Of a DNA stretch of 64,000 bases, positions 38,864 through 48,894 are shown in pieces; position 1 is the first letter of the stretch, and each line of letters starts with the position of its first letter. Below the pieces are notes generated by a model. The model was not told the DNA's origin. It ran no database searches and saw nothing but the letters and a program-made list of their open reading frames with translations. This stretch comes from Candidatus Latescibacterota bacterium (GTDB taxonomy: Bacteria; Latescibacterota; UBA2968; GCA-2709665), in the NCBI GenBank assembly GCA_965208835.1, contig OZ242358.1, forward strand, positions 160,001 to 224,000, read 5' to 3'. The position numbers and the translations under genes were made by a program.

Positions 38864-40060
38864 ATGGGTATTCGTCTCGGAATCTGCGGCACCGGAGCAT
38901 TTGCGAACTCGTTCATCCCGCTGTTCAAGGCGCATCCGGACGTCGACCACCTGGTGCTGTGCGACCTGGACGCGGAGAAGCTGGCGGAAAAATCATCGCA
39001 GTTCGATGTGCCCGACACGTTTCCGTCGCTCGATGCGCTGTGCGTTTCCGACGTCGACGCGATTGCGATCATTACGCAGCACCATCTGCACGGACCGCAG
39101 GCGGTCCAGGCGTTGCGAAGCGGCAAGCACGTGTATTCCGCGGTGCCGTCAGCCGTGACGCTGGATGAGATCTCCGAGCTTGTAAAGGCGGTGGAAGAGA
39201 CCGGGTTGACATACATGATCGGGGAGACGAGCTACTATTACCCGTGTACGATCTATTGCCGGGACCGCTTCAGGAAGGGAGATTTCGGGCATATCGTGTA
39301 CGGGGAAGCGGAGTATTACCACGACTATTCTCACGGGCTCTATGCGGTGTCGCAGTGGCGTCACGGTGAGGAATGGAAACGGTATTTCGGCTCGCCGCCT
39401 CTGCATTATCCCACGCACTCGACCAGCATGATCGTGTCTGTCACCGGGGGGCACGCGACGCACGTGAGCGGAATGGGCTTCGTGGACCGCCACGAGGACA
39501 ATCTGTATGCGAGCGAAGACAATGTCTGGAAAAATCCGTTCAGCAACCAGACCATGTTGTGCAGGATGTCGGACGGGAGTATGGCGCGGTTCAACGAATT
39601 CAGGAGGATCGGACATCCGGGTACGGTGGGGATGAGCCTGTACGGAACGGACGCCGGATACGAGGAGCAGGTGCAAGGACAGGTGTGGATCACCAAGGAC
39701 CGGAAAACGTGCATGGATCTGACCGCGGAATTGTCCTGTGAAGGCGTTCCGGCCGCTCCGGCCGACGATCCGATGGGCGCGGTTACGGGCGACGACGGCA
39801 CGCACCAGGGGGTGTCTCCGGTGCATCCCGTGCATCTGCTGCCGAGGGAGTTCATCGGCCTGGGGAACGGGCACAAGGGAGCGCACCAGTTCCTCGTACA
39901 CGATTTCGTGACGGCGTGTGTGACGGGGGAAACGCCGCCCAACAACGTCTGGCAGGCGGCGCGGTACCTGGTTCCGGGGCTGGTGGCGCACGAGTCCGCG
40001 ATGAGCGGCGGCGCGCAAAAGGAAGTGCCGGATTTCGGGGACGGGTCCGGAGATTCCTGA
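38864..40060 (+). CDS. Gfo/Idh/MocA family oxidoreductase
   Basis: GICGTGAF Rossmann motif, GKHVYSAVP, EAEYYHD, YPTHS. Confidence 0.88.
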   Translation: MGIRLGICGTGAFANSFIPLFKAHPDVDHLVLCDLDAEKLAEKSSQFDVPDTFPSLDALCVSDVDAIAIITQHHLHGPQAVQALRSGKHVYSAVPSAVTLDEISELVKAVEETGLTYMIGETSYYYPCTIYCRDRFRKGDFGHIVYGEAEYYHDYSHGLYAVSQWRHGEEWKRYFGSPPLHYPTHSTSMIVSVTGGHATHVSGMGFVDRHEDNLYASEDNVWKNPFSNQTMLCRMSDGSMARFNEFRRIGHPGTVGMSLYGTDAGYEEQVQGQVWITKDRKTCMDLTAELSCEGVPAAPADDPMGAVTGDDGTHQGVSPVHPVHLLPREFIGLGNGHKGAHQFLVHDFVTACVTGETPPNNVWQAARYLVPGLVAHESAMSGGAQKEVPDFGDGSGDS

Positions 40061-40147
40061 GACGAGAGCCGCGGGAGGCAGGATGGGCGCGGGTTTGAAT
40101 AAGGCACGCGTTCGTTTTTGCCTGGACGCATATTCGGGAGACACGAG

Positions 40148-40465
40148 ATGATTAAGCGAGTATCCGGAGAGGGATGGGCGTTTGTATCCGACGACGTGCC
40201 TGACTCTGACATGGAACCTCTGGTCTCACGCGCGCCGGAGGAGCAGCAGATCCGGATTCGGCTGGAGAAACGGAAGCGCGGCAAGGTCGTAACGCTGGCA
40301 GAAGGTCTCGTGCTTGTGAAGGGGGATATGAAGGACCTGGCGCGCGCCTTGAGAGCGGCCTGCGGAACGGGAGGGACGATTCGGGGGGAGGCGATCGAGT
40401 TGCAGGGAGATTGCCGGCAAAGGGCCCGTGACTGGCTGGTGGAAAACGGCTGGGGGATTCGATGA
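40148..40465 (+). CDS. yciH: SUI1/YciH translation initiation factor homologue
   Basis: RKRGKVVT, LRAACGTGG, IELQGD. Confidence 0.88.
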   Translation: MIKRVSGEGWAFVSDDVPDSDMEPLVSRAPEEQQIRIRLEKRKRGKVVTLAEGLVLVKGDMKDLARALRAACGTGGTIRGEAIELQGDCRQRARDWLVENGWGIR

Positions 40466-40525
40466 CCAGCCAATGTGCCGATCACTGACTGGTAACAGCG
40501 AAATACACATCGAGGAGGATTAACC

Positions 40526-42064
40526 ATGTCCACTGTAGATTGCGACGCGCTGATCCTGGGCGGCGGACACAACGGGCTGGTTGCGGCGTCCTACCTGGCG
40601 GATGCGGGAATGGACGTGCTGTTGCTGGAACGCAGGGACCTCCTGGGCGGCGCCTGTGCGACCGAGGAACTCTTTCCGGGCTACCGTTTTTCATCCTGCT
40701 CCTATATCTGCCACCTGCTGCAGGACAAGGTGATCGACGAGTTGGCCCTGCGGGAGCACGGGTTCGACGTCTTTCACCTGGACCCTTCCCGGTTTCAGCC
40801 CTTCCCCGACGGCTCAGCGCTCCGCCTCTGGGACGACCTGGAACGCAGCCAGGAGGAGCTTGCCCGATTTTCGCGGAAGGACGCGGAGGCCTATCCGGAA
40901 TGGCTCGCTTTCTGGGAACGGGCAGCAAACATCATCTACCCGTATTTCCTGACGCCGCCGCCTACGCTGGGCCAAATCGCCTCGCGGCTCGAGGGCACGC
41001 CCGACGAGGGGTTTCTGGACCGCCTGCTCACGACCAGTATGACCGACCTCGTGACGGAATTTTTCGAGTCCGACGAGGCCCAGGGCGCGTTCATCCAGGC
41101 GCAGGACGCGGGCGACCCGGCGGCGCCGGGCAGCGCGTGGTGTTACGCGTACATCAAATGCGGCATGTTCGGCCGGCCGGAGAACGTGGGTATCGTCAAG
41201 GGCGGGATGGGCGGAATTGCCAATGCTCTCGCCAGGGCGGCGAGGTCTCGCGATGCGGTTTTGCAGACGGGAGCGGAGGTTCGACAGATCCTGCTGGAAG
41301 AGGGACGGGCGTGCGGCGTGACGCTTGTCGACGGGACGGAGATCCGCAGCAGGATTGTGGTTTCCAACGCCGATCCGAAGCGTACGTTTCTGAAGCTGCT
41401 GCCGCCCGGGGCGCTGGACGCGCGATTCCTTGCAAAGGCGAATCGTCTGAAGACCAGGACGGCCTACCTTAAATTCCACGCGGCGCTCTCCGGCCTTCCG
41501 GACTTCGCGAGGGGCGAATCCGGATTCGATCCGCGCTGGGTGGCTGAAATCAAGATCTGTCCGTCCATCGACTACTTCGTCCGCGCCTGGGACGAGGCCA
41601 GGCGTGGGGATCCCGCGACTGAACCCGTCCTGGAAGTGCAGATTCCATCTGTCTACGACGACACGATGGCGCCGCCCGGCCACCACGTCATGTCCGTCTG
41701 GGCCCTCTATGCGCCCGTGCGCCCGCGCGACGGCACCTGGGCCGAGAGACGCGAAGAGGTGGGTGAGCGCATGATCGATACACTGTCGACCTATGCGCCG
41801 AACCTGCGGGACATTCTGGTGGACTGGTCGCTGTTCACACCTTATGACCTGGAGGAACGGGTGGGCCTCACCGACGGCAATATCCGGCACCTTGACATCG
41901 TGCCGGACCAGTTCCTGGCGCAACGCCCCCTCGGCGGTTGGTCGCGCTACACGACCCCTGTCCGGAATCTGTATCTCTGCGGCGCGGGAACGCATCCGGG
42001 CGGCGAGGTGACCGGCGCCCCGGGGCACAACGCCGCGAAGGCCATCCTGGAGGATTGGGGATAG
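40526..42064 (+). CDS. Phytoene desaturase-family FAD oxidoreductase
   Basis: GGGHNGLVAA, LGGA, GGMG, LYLCGAGTHPGGEVTGAPGHNAA; RBS GAGGAGG. Confidence 0.9.
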   Translation: MSTVDCDALILGGGHNGLVAASYLADAGMDVLLLERRDLLGGACATEELFPGYRFSSCSYICHLLQDKVIDELALREHGFDVFHLDPSRFQPFPDGSALRLWDDLERSQEELARFSRKDAEAYPEWLAFWERAANIIYPYFLTPPPTLGQIASRLEGTPDEGFLDRLLTTSMTDLVTEFFESDEAQGAFIQAQDAGDPAAPGSAWCYAYIKCGMFGRPENVGIVKGGMGGIANALARAARSRDAVLQTGAEVRQILLEEGRACGVTLVDGTEIRSRIVVSNADPKRTFLKLLPPGALDARFLAKANRLKTRTAYLKFHAALSGLPDFARGESGFDPRWVAEIKICPSIDYFVRAWDEARRGDPATEPVLEVQIPSVYDDTMAPPGHHVMSVWALYAPVRPRDGTWAERREEVGERMIDTLSTYAPNLRDILVDWSLFTPYDLEERVGLTDGNIRHLDIVPDQFLAQRPLGGWSRYTTPVRNLYLCGAGTHPGGEVTGAPGHNAAKAILEDWG

Positions 42065-42092
42065 CCCGCGGGTAAATCAGGATTCATCGTTT

Positions 42093-42313
42093 TTCGGGAC
42101 CGCTCTCCCCGGTCCCTCAGAAGCGGGTAGACGGGAGACGGAAGAGGGTAGAGATTACCTGCCTTGTGAGGGATCTTCTCGTGCCGAAGGCAAGGAGGAA
42201 GAACATACCGGGCATGGGCTTCTTCTCCCGTCTCACCTCTACCCTCTACCCACATTCATGTTCTTGGTGGCCAATTTGACCGTTGTTTTTCTCGAATTGA
42301 GATTAAGGCTTAG
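42093..42313. repeat. Dispersed heptamer-armed hairpin element, copy 2 (inverted)
   Basis: Aligns with the reverse complement of 25600-25860, e.g. GAGGGTAGAGATT.CCTGCCTTGTGAGG and GGCCAATTTGAC. Confidence 0.85.
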
Positions 42314-42350
42314 TGCTTACCAATCCATCAACCAGATGGCATGTTGGAGA

Positions 42351-43694
42351 TCAGAAGCGGAGGGTGAATACGGTTTCTTCATCGGGCGTGGATTGAACGC
42401 TGATGGCGCCGCGATGCTGGCGCATGATCTGCCGGCAAAGCGATAGCCCGATGCCCGATCCCTCCTGTCTGGTCGTGAAGAAGGGGATGAAGATGCGGTC
42501 CTGCACCTCGTCGAGGATGCCAGGGCCGTTATCCTGTACGCGGATGAGAACGCGCCCCCTTCGGTCCAGGGCCGCGTTAAGGTCGATACGTGGCTGATCT
42601 CGCCCGGCCAGGGCTTCCGCCGCGTTCCTCACGAGATTGATGAGCGCCTGCTCCACGAGGTTGGGGTCGGCGGTGACTTCCAAGGTCTCGGGTTCGACCC
42701 CCGTGCGCAGGGCGATGCCTGCCGATTCGCATTCCGGATTCATGAGGGACGCAACGCGGTCGAAGAGTCCGGCGACGGGACAGATCTGGAAGTCGGGCCG
42801 GGGTATCCGCGTGAGCTGGCGGTAGGTGTCCACGAACTGCTGCAGACCGTCGCTACGCGACTGTATCGTCTTGAGCGCGGCGCTCACGTCTGCCGCGGTC
42901 TGCGGATCGAGCGGGGACGTGCGACCGGATTCCGGAAAGTGGCCGCGTACCGTGGAGGCCAGGGACGAAATGGGCGTTATCGAATTCATGATTTCGTGGA
43001 TGAGCACCCGAATGAGTTTCTGCCACGCCTCCATTTCCTGCTCTTCGAGTTCGCTCTGTATGTCCTGCACCGACGCCAGAATGAACGATTCGCCTCGCAT
43101 TCGAATCTCGGTGGCGTGGATGATGATCTGAAGGAGTTCGTCCTCGTCCTGGACCTTGACCAGGGTCCTGTCGCCCGGTCCCAGCGCGAGAAGCGTTTCG
43201 GAAAGGGTCTCGCTGACCGGCTCGAGTTCCCGCACGTTGTGGATGTGGGGTCGGCGAAGCAGGCGCTGGGCAGCGGTATTCATCAGCTCGATGCGTCCGT
43301 CTGATCCGTAACACACCAGTCCCACGCCCACGTGCTGGACCACGGTCTGCAGGTATTGGAAGTTCTCCTCTTTTTCCGCGCGAGTCCTCCGGAAGGCGTT
43401 CAGCACCTCGTTGAACGCCTCTTTCAGGTCGTCGAAAGCGGATCCGAGTCCGCGGCCGCTGAAGGACTGGGAGAAGTCTTCGTACCGGATGGCCTGAAGG
43501 AACCGCGTCAGATCCCGGTTGGTGCGTTCCACGTAGTGGATGAGGGCGTAGGCCTGGTAGAGCGTGATGCCGGCCAGGATGAGGACGGTGGTGTAGTAGC
43601 TCGTCTCGAAGAGGACGTACACAAGGGCGCAGATGGTGGCGCACAGAAAGGCCACCCGCACGACGCAGAGCGTCCGGAAGTGTCTATAGACCAT
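42351..43694 (-). CDS. Membrane sensor histidine kinase (PAS, HATPase)
   Basis: Two TMs, H-box HEIMNSITPI, NLVRNA, DNGPGI, PFFTT, GSGIGL. Confidence 0.93.
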   Translation of the reverse strand: MVYRHFRTLCVVRVAFLCATICALVYVLFETSYYTTVLILAGITLYQAYALIHYVERTNRDLTRFLQAIRYEDFSQSFSGRGLGSAFDDLKEAFNEVLNAFRRTRAEKEENFQYLQTVVQHVGVGLVCYGSDGRIELMNTAAQRLLRRPHIHNVRELEPVSETLSETLLALGPGDRTLVKVQDEDELLQIIIHATEIRMRGESFILASVQDIQSELEEQEMEAWQKLIRVLIHEIMNSITPISSLASTVRGHFPESGRTSPLDPQTAADVSAALKTIQSRSDGLQQFVDTYRQLTRIPRPDFQICPVAGLFDRVASLMNPECESAGIALRTGVEPETLEVTADPNLVEQALINLVRNAAEALAGRDQPRIDLNAALDRRGRVLIRVQDNGPGILDEVQDRIFIPFFTTRQEGSGIGLSLCRQIMRQHRGAISVQSTPDEETVFTLRF

Positions 43695-45060
43695 ATTTTT
43701 CCAGCCTGCGGTAGAGTGCGCTGCGCGTGATGCCCAATTCCCGGGCCGTGTGGCTGATGTTTCCCTCGTGCTTCTCGATGGCTTTGCGGATCGCGGTCTT
43801 CTCAATACGTTCGAGGTTGAAGTCTTCGCAGTGAATGTGGTCGCCAGAGGTGGATTCCGGCGTGCTGAGCGGAAAGTCCGACGGTTGCAGCGTTCCGTTT
43901 TCGTTCATGATCACCGCGCGTTCGATGGCGTGCTGCAGTTCGCGGACGTTTCCGGGCCAGGGATACCCCTTGAGTTTTTCCAGGGTGCGGGGATGCAGGC
44001 CGATGCGTGGCTTCTTGTATTTCCTGCAGTACCTGTCCAGGAAGCTGCCGATGAGAAGCGGCATGTCTTCGCGGCGCTCCCTGAGCGGTGGCAGACTGAT
44101 TTCAACGGTGTTGACGCGATAGAGCAGGTCCTGGCGGAACTCGTTTCGCGCGGCCAGTTCGTGGATGGGCGTATTGGTGGCGCAGACGAGCCGGATATCG
44201 ATGGGGACGGGCTTGTTGGTGCCCAGGCGAAAAACCGTGCGCTTCTCGAGTACGGTGAGCAGCTTTGCCTGAAGCGGCAGTGAGAGGTTGCCGATCTCAT
44301 CCAGGAACAGCGTCCCGCCCGAAGCCGTTTCAAACCGCCCCGCGCGGTCTTCCCTGGCGTCTGTAAAGGCGCCTTTTTTGTGTCCGAAAAGCTCGCTTTC
44401 GAACAGGGTCTCGGGGACGGCGCCGAGGTCCACGTGGATGAAGACCTGGTCTGCGCGGACGGAATGACGGTGGAGGGCGCGGGCGACCGCGTCTTTGCCC
44501 GTCCCGTTGTCGCCCAGGATAAGCACGTTGGCGTCGGTGGCGGCGACCTTCCGGATGGTCTCGAAAACGTCGCGCATCACCGGAGAGACGGCCACGATGC
44601 CGGGAAACTGCCTGTCCAGATCGGCGTGGAGCTGCCGCTGGCGGGAGCGCAGCCGGAAGACGTCGAGCCGCGACCGGCGGAGCTTGGCAGCCGAGGACAG
44701 CGTGGCCAGCAGCTTCTCGTTCTGCCAGGGCTTCAGGACAAAGTCCGTGGCGCCTTCCCGTATCGCCCGCACGGCCGTATTGACGTCGCCGAACGCCGTG
44801 ATCAGGACCACCACGGCGGACGGATCCAGCTCCAGGATCCTTCCGAGCCAGTGGAATCCTTCCTTTCCCGACGTGGCGTCCTGCGCGAAGTTCATATCCA
44901 GCAGGATCACGTCGTACGCATCGTTCTGCAGCAGTTCGGGAATGCGCTCGGGATCGGCTTCGGTATCCACCCGCCCGGCGTGCTGCTTGAGGAAGAGTTG
45001 CGCGGCCAGCAGCACGTCGCGGTCGTCGTCGACGATAAGGATTTTGTCGAATGTCTTCAT
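43684..45060 (-). CDS. Sigma54-dependent (NtrC-family) response regulator
   Basis: Receiver (VDDD, LLDMNF, KPW), [28 protein letters not shown], Fis-type HTH. Confidence 0.95.
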   Translation of the reverse strand: MKTFDKILIVDDDRDVLLAAQLFLKQHAGRVDTEADPERIPELLQNDAYDVILLDMNFAQDATSGKEGFHWLGRILELDPSAVVVLITAFGDVNTAVRAIREGATDFVLKPWQNEKLLATLSSAAKLRRSRLDVFRLRSRQRQLHADLDRQFPGIVAVSPVMRDVFETIRKVAATDANVLILGDNGTGKDAVARALHRHSVRADQVFIHVDLGAVPETLFESELFGHKKGAFTDAREDRAGRFETASGGTLFLDEIGNLSLPLQAKLLTVLEKRTVFRLGTNKPVPIDIRLVCATNTPIHELAARNEFRQDLLYRVNTVEISLPPLRERREDMPLLIGSFLDRYCRKYKKPRIGLHPRTLEKLKGYPWPGNVRELQHAIERAVIMNENGTLQPSDFPLSTPESTSGDHIHCEDFNLERIEKTAIRKAIEKHEGNISHTARELGITRSALYRRLEKYGL

Positions 45061-45270
45061 GGAGGCCTCTGTCGTTCAGGCATGGAAAGGCCGCGGGTAC
45101 CCGGCTGGCTGGAGCTCAAAGAGGAAGATAGGCCAATCCTGCCAGCAATTGCCCAGTCCTTTGGGACGCATTTTTCGTGCCAATACGCCTCCTGGATCGA
45201 ATTCACACACAACCATAATGATCACAGAGACTTAGCCTGTCAAGCGGTTCAAGGACCGGCGCCGCCCATG

Positions 45271-45307
45271 TGTCCACTTTCGCACATCACTGTATCATTA
45301 GCGGACA
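45271..45307. promoter_or_regulatory. Putative upstream activator (bEBP) sites
   Basis: Two tandem dyads TGTCCACTTTCGCACA and TGTATCATTAGCGGACA, ~65-100 bp upstream of the -24/-12 box. Confidence 0.5.
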
Positions 45308-45370
45308 CTCAGAGGTTCGCGTTTCCATCGACGCAGCGCTAAATCCCTGTAAATTCTCGCGAAATCCACA

Positions 45371-45386
45371 TGGCACGCCCGTTGCT
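45371..45386 (+). promoter_or_regulatory. Sigma54 (-24/-12) promoter facing the permease array
   Basis: TGGCACGCCCGTTGCT matches TGGCACG-N4-TTGCW; divergent from the bEBP gene. Confidence 0.85.
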
Positions 45387-45622
45387 ATTGGTATCTCACG
45401 GTCGATGACCGCCATGCGTCCAATGTATCCTTCGCGGAAATCCGGCGTCAGCCTGGGGGCCTGCTCAGCAAGCGGGCACGGCGACCCCTCCTCCGGCCCC
45501 TCCCCGGCGCGGAGAGGGGAGCGGACGTGCTGCCTGTCGGGCAGGGGCCAGTGTCAGACGCTCACCCATAACTGGAAGCCGCGGTAGATCCTTTGTCAGC
45601 TTGATTGCGTACTCAGCATGCG

Positions 45623-45646
45623 GGCAGACAGGAATGTCCGCCCCAC
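45623..45646. repeat. REP-like palindrome GGCAGACAGGAATGTCCGCCCCAC (5 exact copies)
   Basis: Copies at 45623, 48717, 51561, 54450 and 57556: one in every spacer preceding a permease. Confidence 0.9.
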
Positions 45647-45919
45647 CCTCAAATCAGGCTTCCGTTCGACAGGCTTTCGGCTTTCTCAGGATGACCGCGG
45701 GAAGCATCGTACTCGGCTATCGGCCAGCATGTGATTCAGAGCGGAGCGAAGATCTGACAGATACATTTCGCCAATGGTTATTGCAAGTCGTGTCATTCAG
45801 AGCGCAGCGAAGAATCTCCCGTCTTCTCGATTGTCCACGAGGTAGAAACCCGCGTAAGCACATGTGCGCGGACGCTTCGCCAGTCAATGTGAAAGATCCA
45901 AACAACAGGGAGCCTGTCG

Positions 45920-48382
45920 ATGTTCTGGAATTACTTCAAGGTGGCATACCGGAATCTGCTGCGGCACCCGCTTTATGCCGCGATTAACGTAGTGGGCCTC
46001 GGCATCGCGATATCGTTTTGCCTGCTGGCGTTCCTCTTCGTGCGATACGAGTGGACCTACGACGGGTTTCACGAAAACGCCGATCGGATTTACCGGATCG
46101 TAAGGGAGCTAAAGATAAATGACGCGGTTCATTTATCTGACAATACGGAGATTACGTTGGCACCAAGGTTGTCTGAGTCGCATCCGGACATCCGATGCGT
46201 GAGATTGGATCCCAGGTGGCGCATGGTTCGCCATGCCGGTCAGACGACCAAGGAAGATTTCCTTCATGCGGACCCAGAGATTCTGGATGTATTCACGTTC
46301 GCTCTGATCAAAGGAGATCCGGCCACCGCATTAGCGGATCCGGACTATGTGGTCATTACCGAAACAATGGCCGATAAGTATTTCCCGGGAGAAGAACCAA
46401 TTGGAAAGACAATCTCGGTTCAAGACGTTGAGGCGGCAGTTTTCGCCGTGGGTGCATCCGGATTGAACGTGATTTCGTTAGGTCCCCAAGCCCAATCTAC
46501 GGAATCCAAGGACCAATTCTCAGACGCGCGACCGACTCAGGTATTGACGGTAACCGGTGTGATCAGGGACATTCCCAAGAACTCCACCATACGCTTTGAC
46601 TTTCTTTCCTCATTAAAGCCGGACAATCAAAAACACGGCTTGAACGTCAGTACTGTAAACACTTACATAATGCTCCCCGACTATCTGAGCCCACTGGAAG
46701 TCGAACGCCGCTTTGAAGATCTTAAAGTACCAGAAACCAGAAGCCGATATCTGAGTAAGTTGATGCTGCAACCGCTTAGAGAGATTTATTTTGATAGCAG
46801 GCGCATGGGACCGCGCCCCGATGGCAATCCTGTCCATTCACATCTTTTGGGAGGGATTGCATTACTCGTGCTGGTCGTGGCGGGAGTCAATTACACGAAT
46901 CTGTCTGTCGGCCGGTCGTTTTCCCGTGTCCGGGAAGTTGGAATGCGCAAGGTGGCCGGGGGCCTGCGTACGCAACTGGTGAGGCAGTTTCTCGCGGAAT
47001 CGGTTCTGCTGACATTGCTCGCACTTGCGCTCGGGCTGGCGCTGGCCGAACTGTTTCTACCGGGTTTCAACAGCCTGGTCAGCAGGAAATTCGCATTGTC
47101 CGATCTTGGGAACTCAGACTCACTCTTGTTTCTGTTCATCATGGCGCTGGTCGTGGGAGTATTCGCCGGGGGTTACCCTGCATTCTTTATGTCGAGATTC
47201 TTTCCTGTCGATGCTTTGAAAGGGCGGTTCAAAGCGGATCGCGTGGGGTACTTCAGTCGTGTACTCGTAGTGTTCCAACTAGCCATCTCTACGGGTTTGG
47301 TTACAGGCATGACCATAGCGTCAATACAAATGAGCGCGTGGAAATCAATGCCGCTTGGATTCGAACCCAGCCATGTGGTCGTCAGTCGACTATTGGGGAT
47401 ATCAGAAAGATTGGAGTTGGCTAAAGTCTTCGAGGAATCAATCCGGCCACACCATTCCGTATTGAAAACTACGAGAACATCACACGGCCTTAGCAATTCT
47501 ATGCGGAACAATACTCAAATAGGCTGGAAAGGGACGACCCTGGAAGGCGTCGAAAGGATCTTCTGTGATTCGCGACTCCTCGAAACAATGGGTATAACGC
47601 TGACGGCCGGCCGAAATTTCGAGCGGCAAAGCGATGGGGAGACGTCGGTCATTGTCAACGAATCTCTGGCGAGGAAACTGGGATGGCAAACGCCTCTCGG
47701 TGAGACAATCCGGCTTGACGGGAAGGAACTGACGGTCATCGGGGTCGTCCGTGATTTTCATTTCCGGTCCCTTCACCACGCAATTGAACCTGCGGTGCTG
47801 AAATTCCAGGCGAGCTCGCCGTCCACCATGCCCAGGCCGGACTTCCGATATCTGCTCATGATTCGAATTCGGCCTGAAAACGTATTCGACACGCTTGATT
47901 TCCTGAGAGAGAAGTGGGTTGAAATCGTACCGGATGTTCCGTTTGACCACAACTTCCTGGATGAGGAAATAGACCGTCAGTACCGGGAGGAAGAGAGGTG
48001 GTTCAGAATCACGGGTTACGCGACTATGTTCGCCGTCTTCATCGCCTGCCTGGGGGCATTCGGGCTGACGTCACTCACCGTTGCCAGGCGGACCAAGGAA
48101 ATCGGGATCCGGAAAACCCTTGGCGCGCCAACAACAGGTATCGTCTCCCTGCTGGCCCGGGAATACGTGGTCCTCGTCGGCATCGCCGCCCTGATCGCAT
48201 GGCCGGCCACCTACGTTACGGCGGAGCGCTGGCTGCGAGACTTCGCGTATCGTGTGGATCCGGGGCTCGGTACGTTTCTGCTTGGAGGCCTGCTCATGCT
48301 TTTCATGGTGCTTCTGGCGGTGAGCCTTCAGGTCACCCGTGCAGCCAGGGCGAATCCCGTGGACGCGTTGCGGTATGAGTGA
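45920..48382 (+). CDS. Duplicated MacB/FtsX-like ABC permease P1
   Basis: KVAYRNL, NADRIYR, NYTNLS..EVGMRKVAG, RTKEIGIRK, ANPVDALRYE. Confidence 0.93.
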   Translation: MFWNYFKVAYRNLLRHPLYAAINVVGLGIAISFCLLAFLFVRYEWTYDGFHENADRIYRIVRELKINDAVHLSDNTEITLAPRLSESHPDIRCVRLDPRWRMVRHAGQTTKEDFLHADPEILDVFTFALIKGDPATALADPDYVVITETMADKYFPGEEPIGKTISVQDVEAAVFAVGASGLNVISLGPQAQSTESKDQFSDARPTQVLTVTGVIRDIPKNSTIRFDFLSSLKPDNQKHGLNVSTVNTYIMLPDYLSPLEVERRFEDLKVPETRSRYLSKLMLQPLREIYFDSRRMGPRPDGNPVHSHLLGGIALLVLVVAGVNYTNLSVGRSFSRVREVGMRKVAGGLRTQLVRQFLAESVLLTLLALALGLALAELFLPGFNSLVSRKFALSDLGNSDSLLFLFIMALVVGVFAGGYPAFFMSRFFPVDALKGRFKADRVGYFSRVLVVFQLAISTGLVTGMTIASIQMSAWKSMPLGFEPSHVVVSRLLGISERLELAKVFEESIRPHHSVLKTTRTSHGLSNSMRNNTQIGWKGTTLEGVERIFCDSRLLETMGITLTAGRNFERQSDGETSVIVNESLARKLGWQTPLGETIRLDGKELTVIGVVRDFHFRSLHHAIEPAVLKFQASSPSTMPRPDFRYLLMIRIRPENVFDTLDFLREKWVEIVPDVPFDHNFLDEEIDRQYREEERWFRITGYATMFAVFIACLGAFGLTSLTVARRTKEIGIRKTLGAPTTGIVSLLAREYVVLVGIAALIAWPATYVTAERWLRDFAYRVDPGLGTFLLGGLLMLFMVLLAVSLQVTRAARANPVDALRYE

Positions 48383-48421
48383 TGGCGGGCATAGCGACCC
48401 CTCCCCGGCACAGGGAGGAGA

Positions 48422-48655
48422 GCGGACGTGCTGCCTCTCAGGTATCGATATGTGCAATCCACGCGGGGATGACCCGATGCTGAAGTAGATCCTTCGTCGG
48501 CCTGGGGGCACCCTTCGATCTTTCGACAAGCTCAGGGCGAGTACTCAGGGACCGCAGGCTCAGTGCAAGCCCTCAGGATGACAGTTCGGGCGAGCGTGTG
48601 ATGGTCCGAACGTAGGGGCAGGTTTCAAACTTGCCCATGTCGATGTGTCCGCGGA
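48422..48655. repeat. Spacer module C (copies 51288-51513, partial 54209-54339)
   Basis: Near-identical blocks containing CCACGCGG.ATGAC, TTCGACAAGCTCAG and a GTAG-type REP GTAGGGGCAGGTTTCAAAC.TGCCC. Confidence 0.9.
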
Positions 48656-48894
48656 CGCTTTGACTGCCTTGCGGTCTCTCCTTGTTTCCGCAATTCGACA
48701 GAAGAATCTTGACGTGGGCAGACAGGAATGTCCGCCCCACCTTCACACCTGCTTCCTCAGCACGATGTTGTCGGCGAAGAATCGACGGACGCATTTCGCG
48801 GATGATTTGGCAGCACCAAGTGGAGTCCTACAGTTTCCGTTGCGGCTGGGCATAGCAAAGCCGCGCCAGGGAAAGACACAAGAGGTAGCCCAAC

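Noticed and set aside
48848-48870. GGCATAGCAAAGC motif before P2 and P4 as internal sigma54 promoters
   Set aside because: Lacks TGGCAC/TTGC consensus and consistent GG-N10-GC spacing; more likely shared leader ancestry
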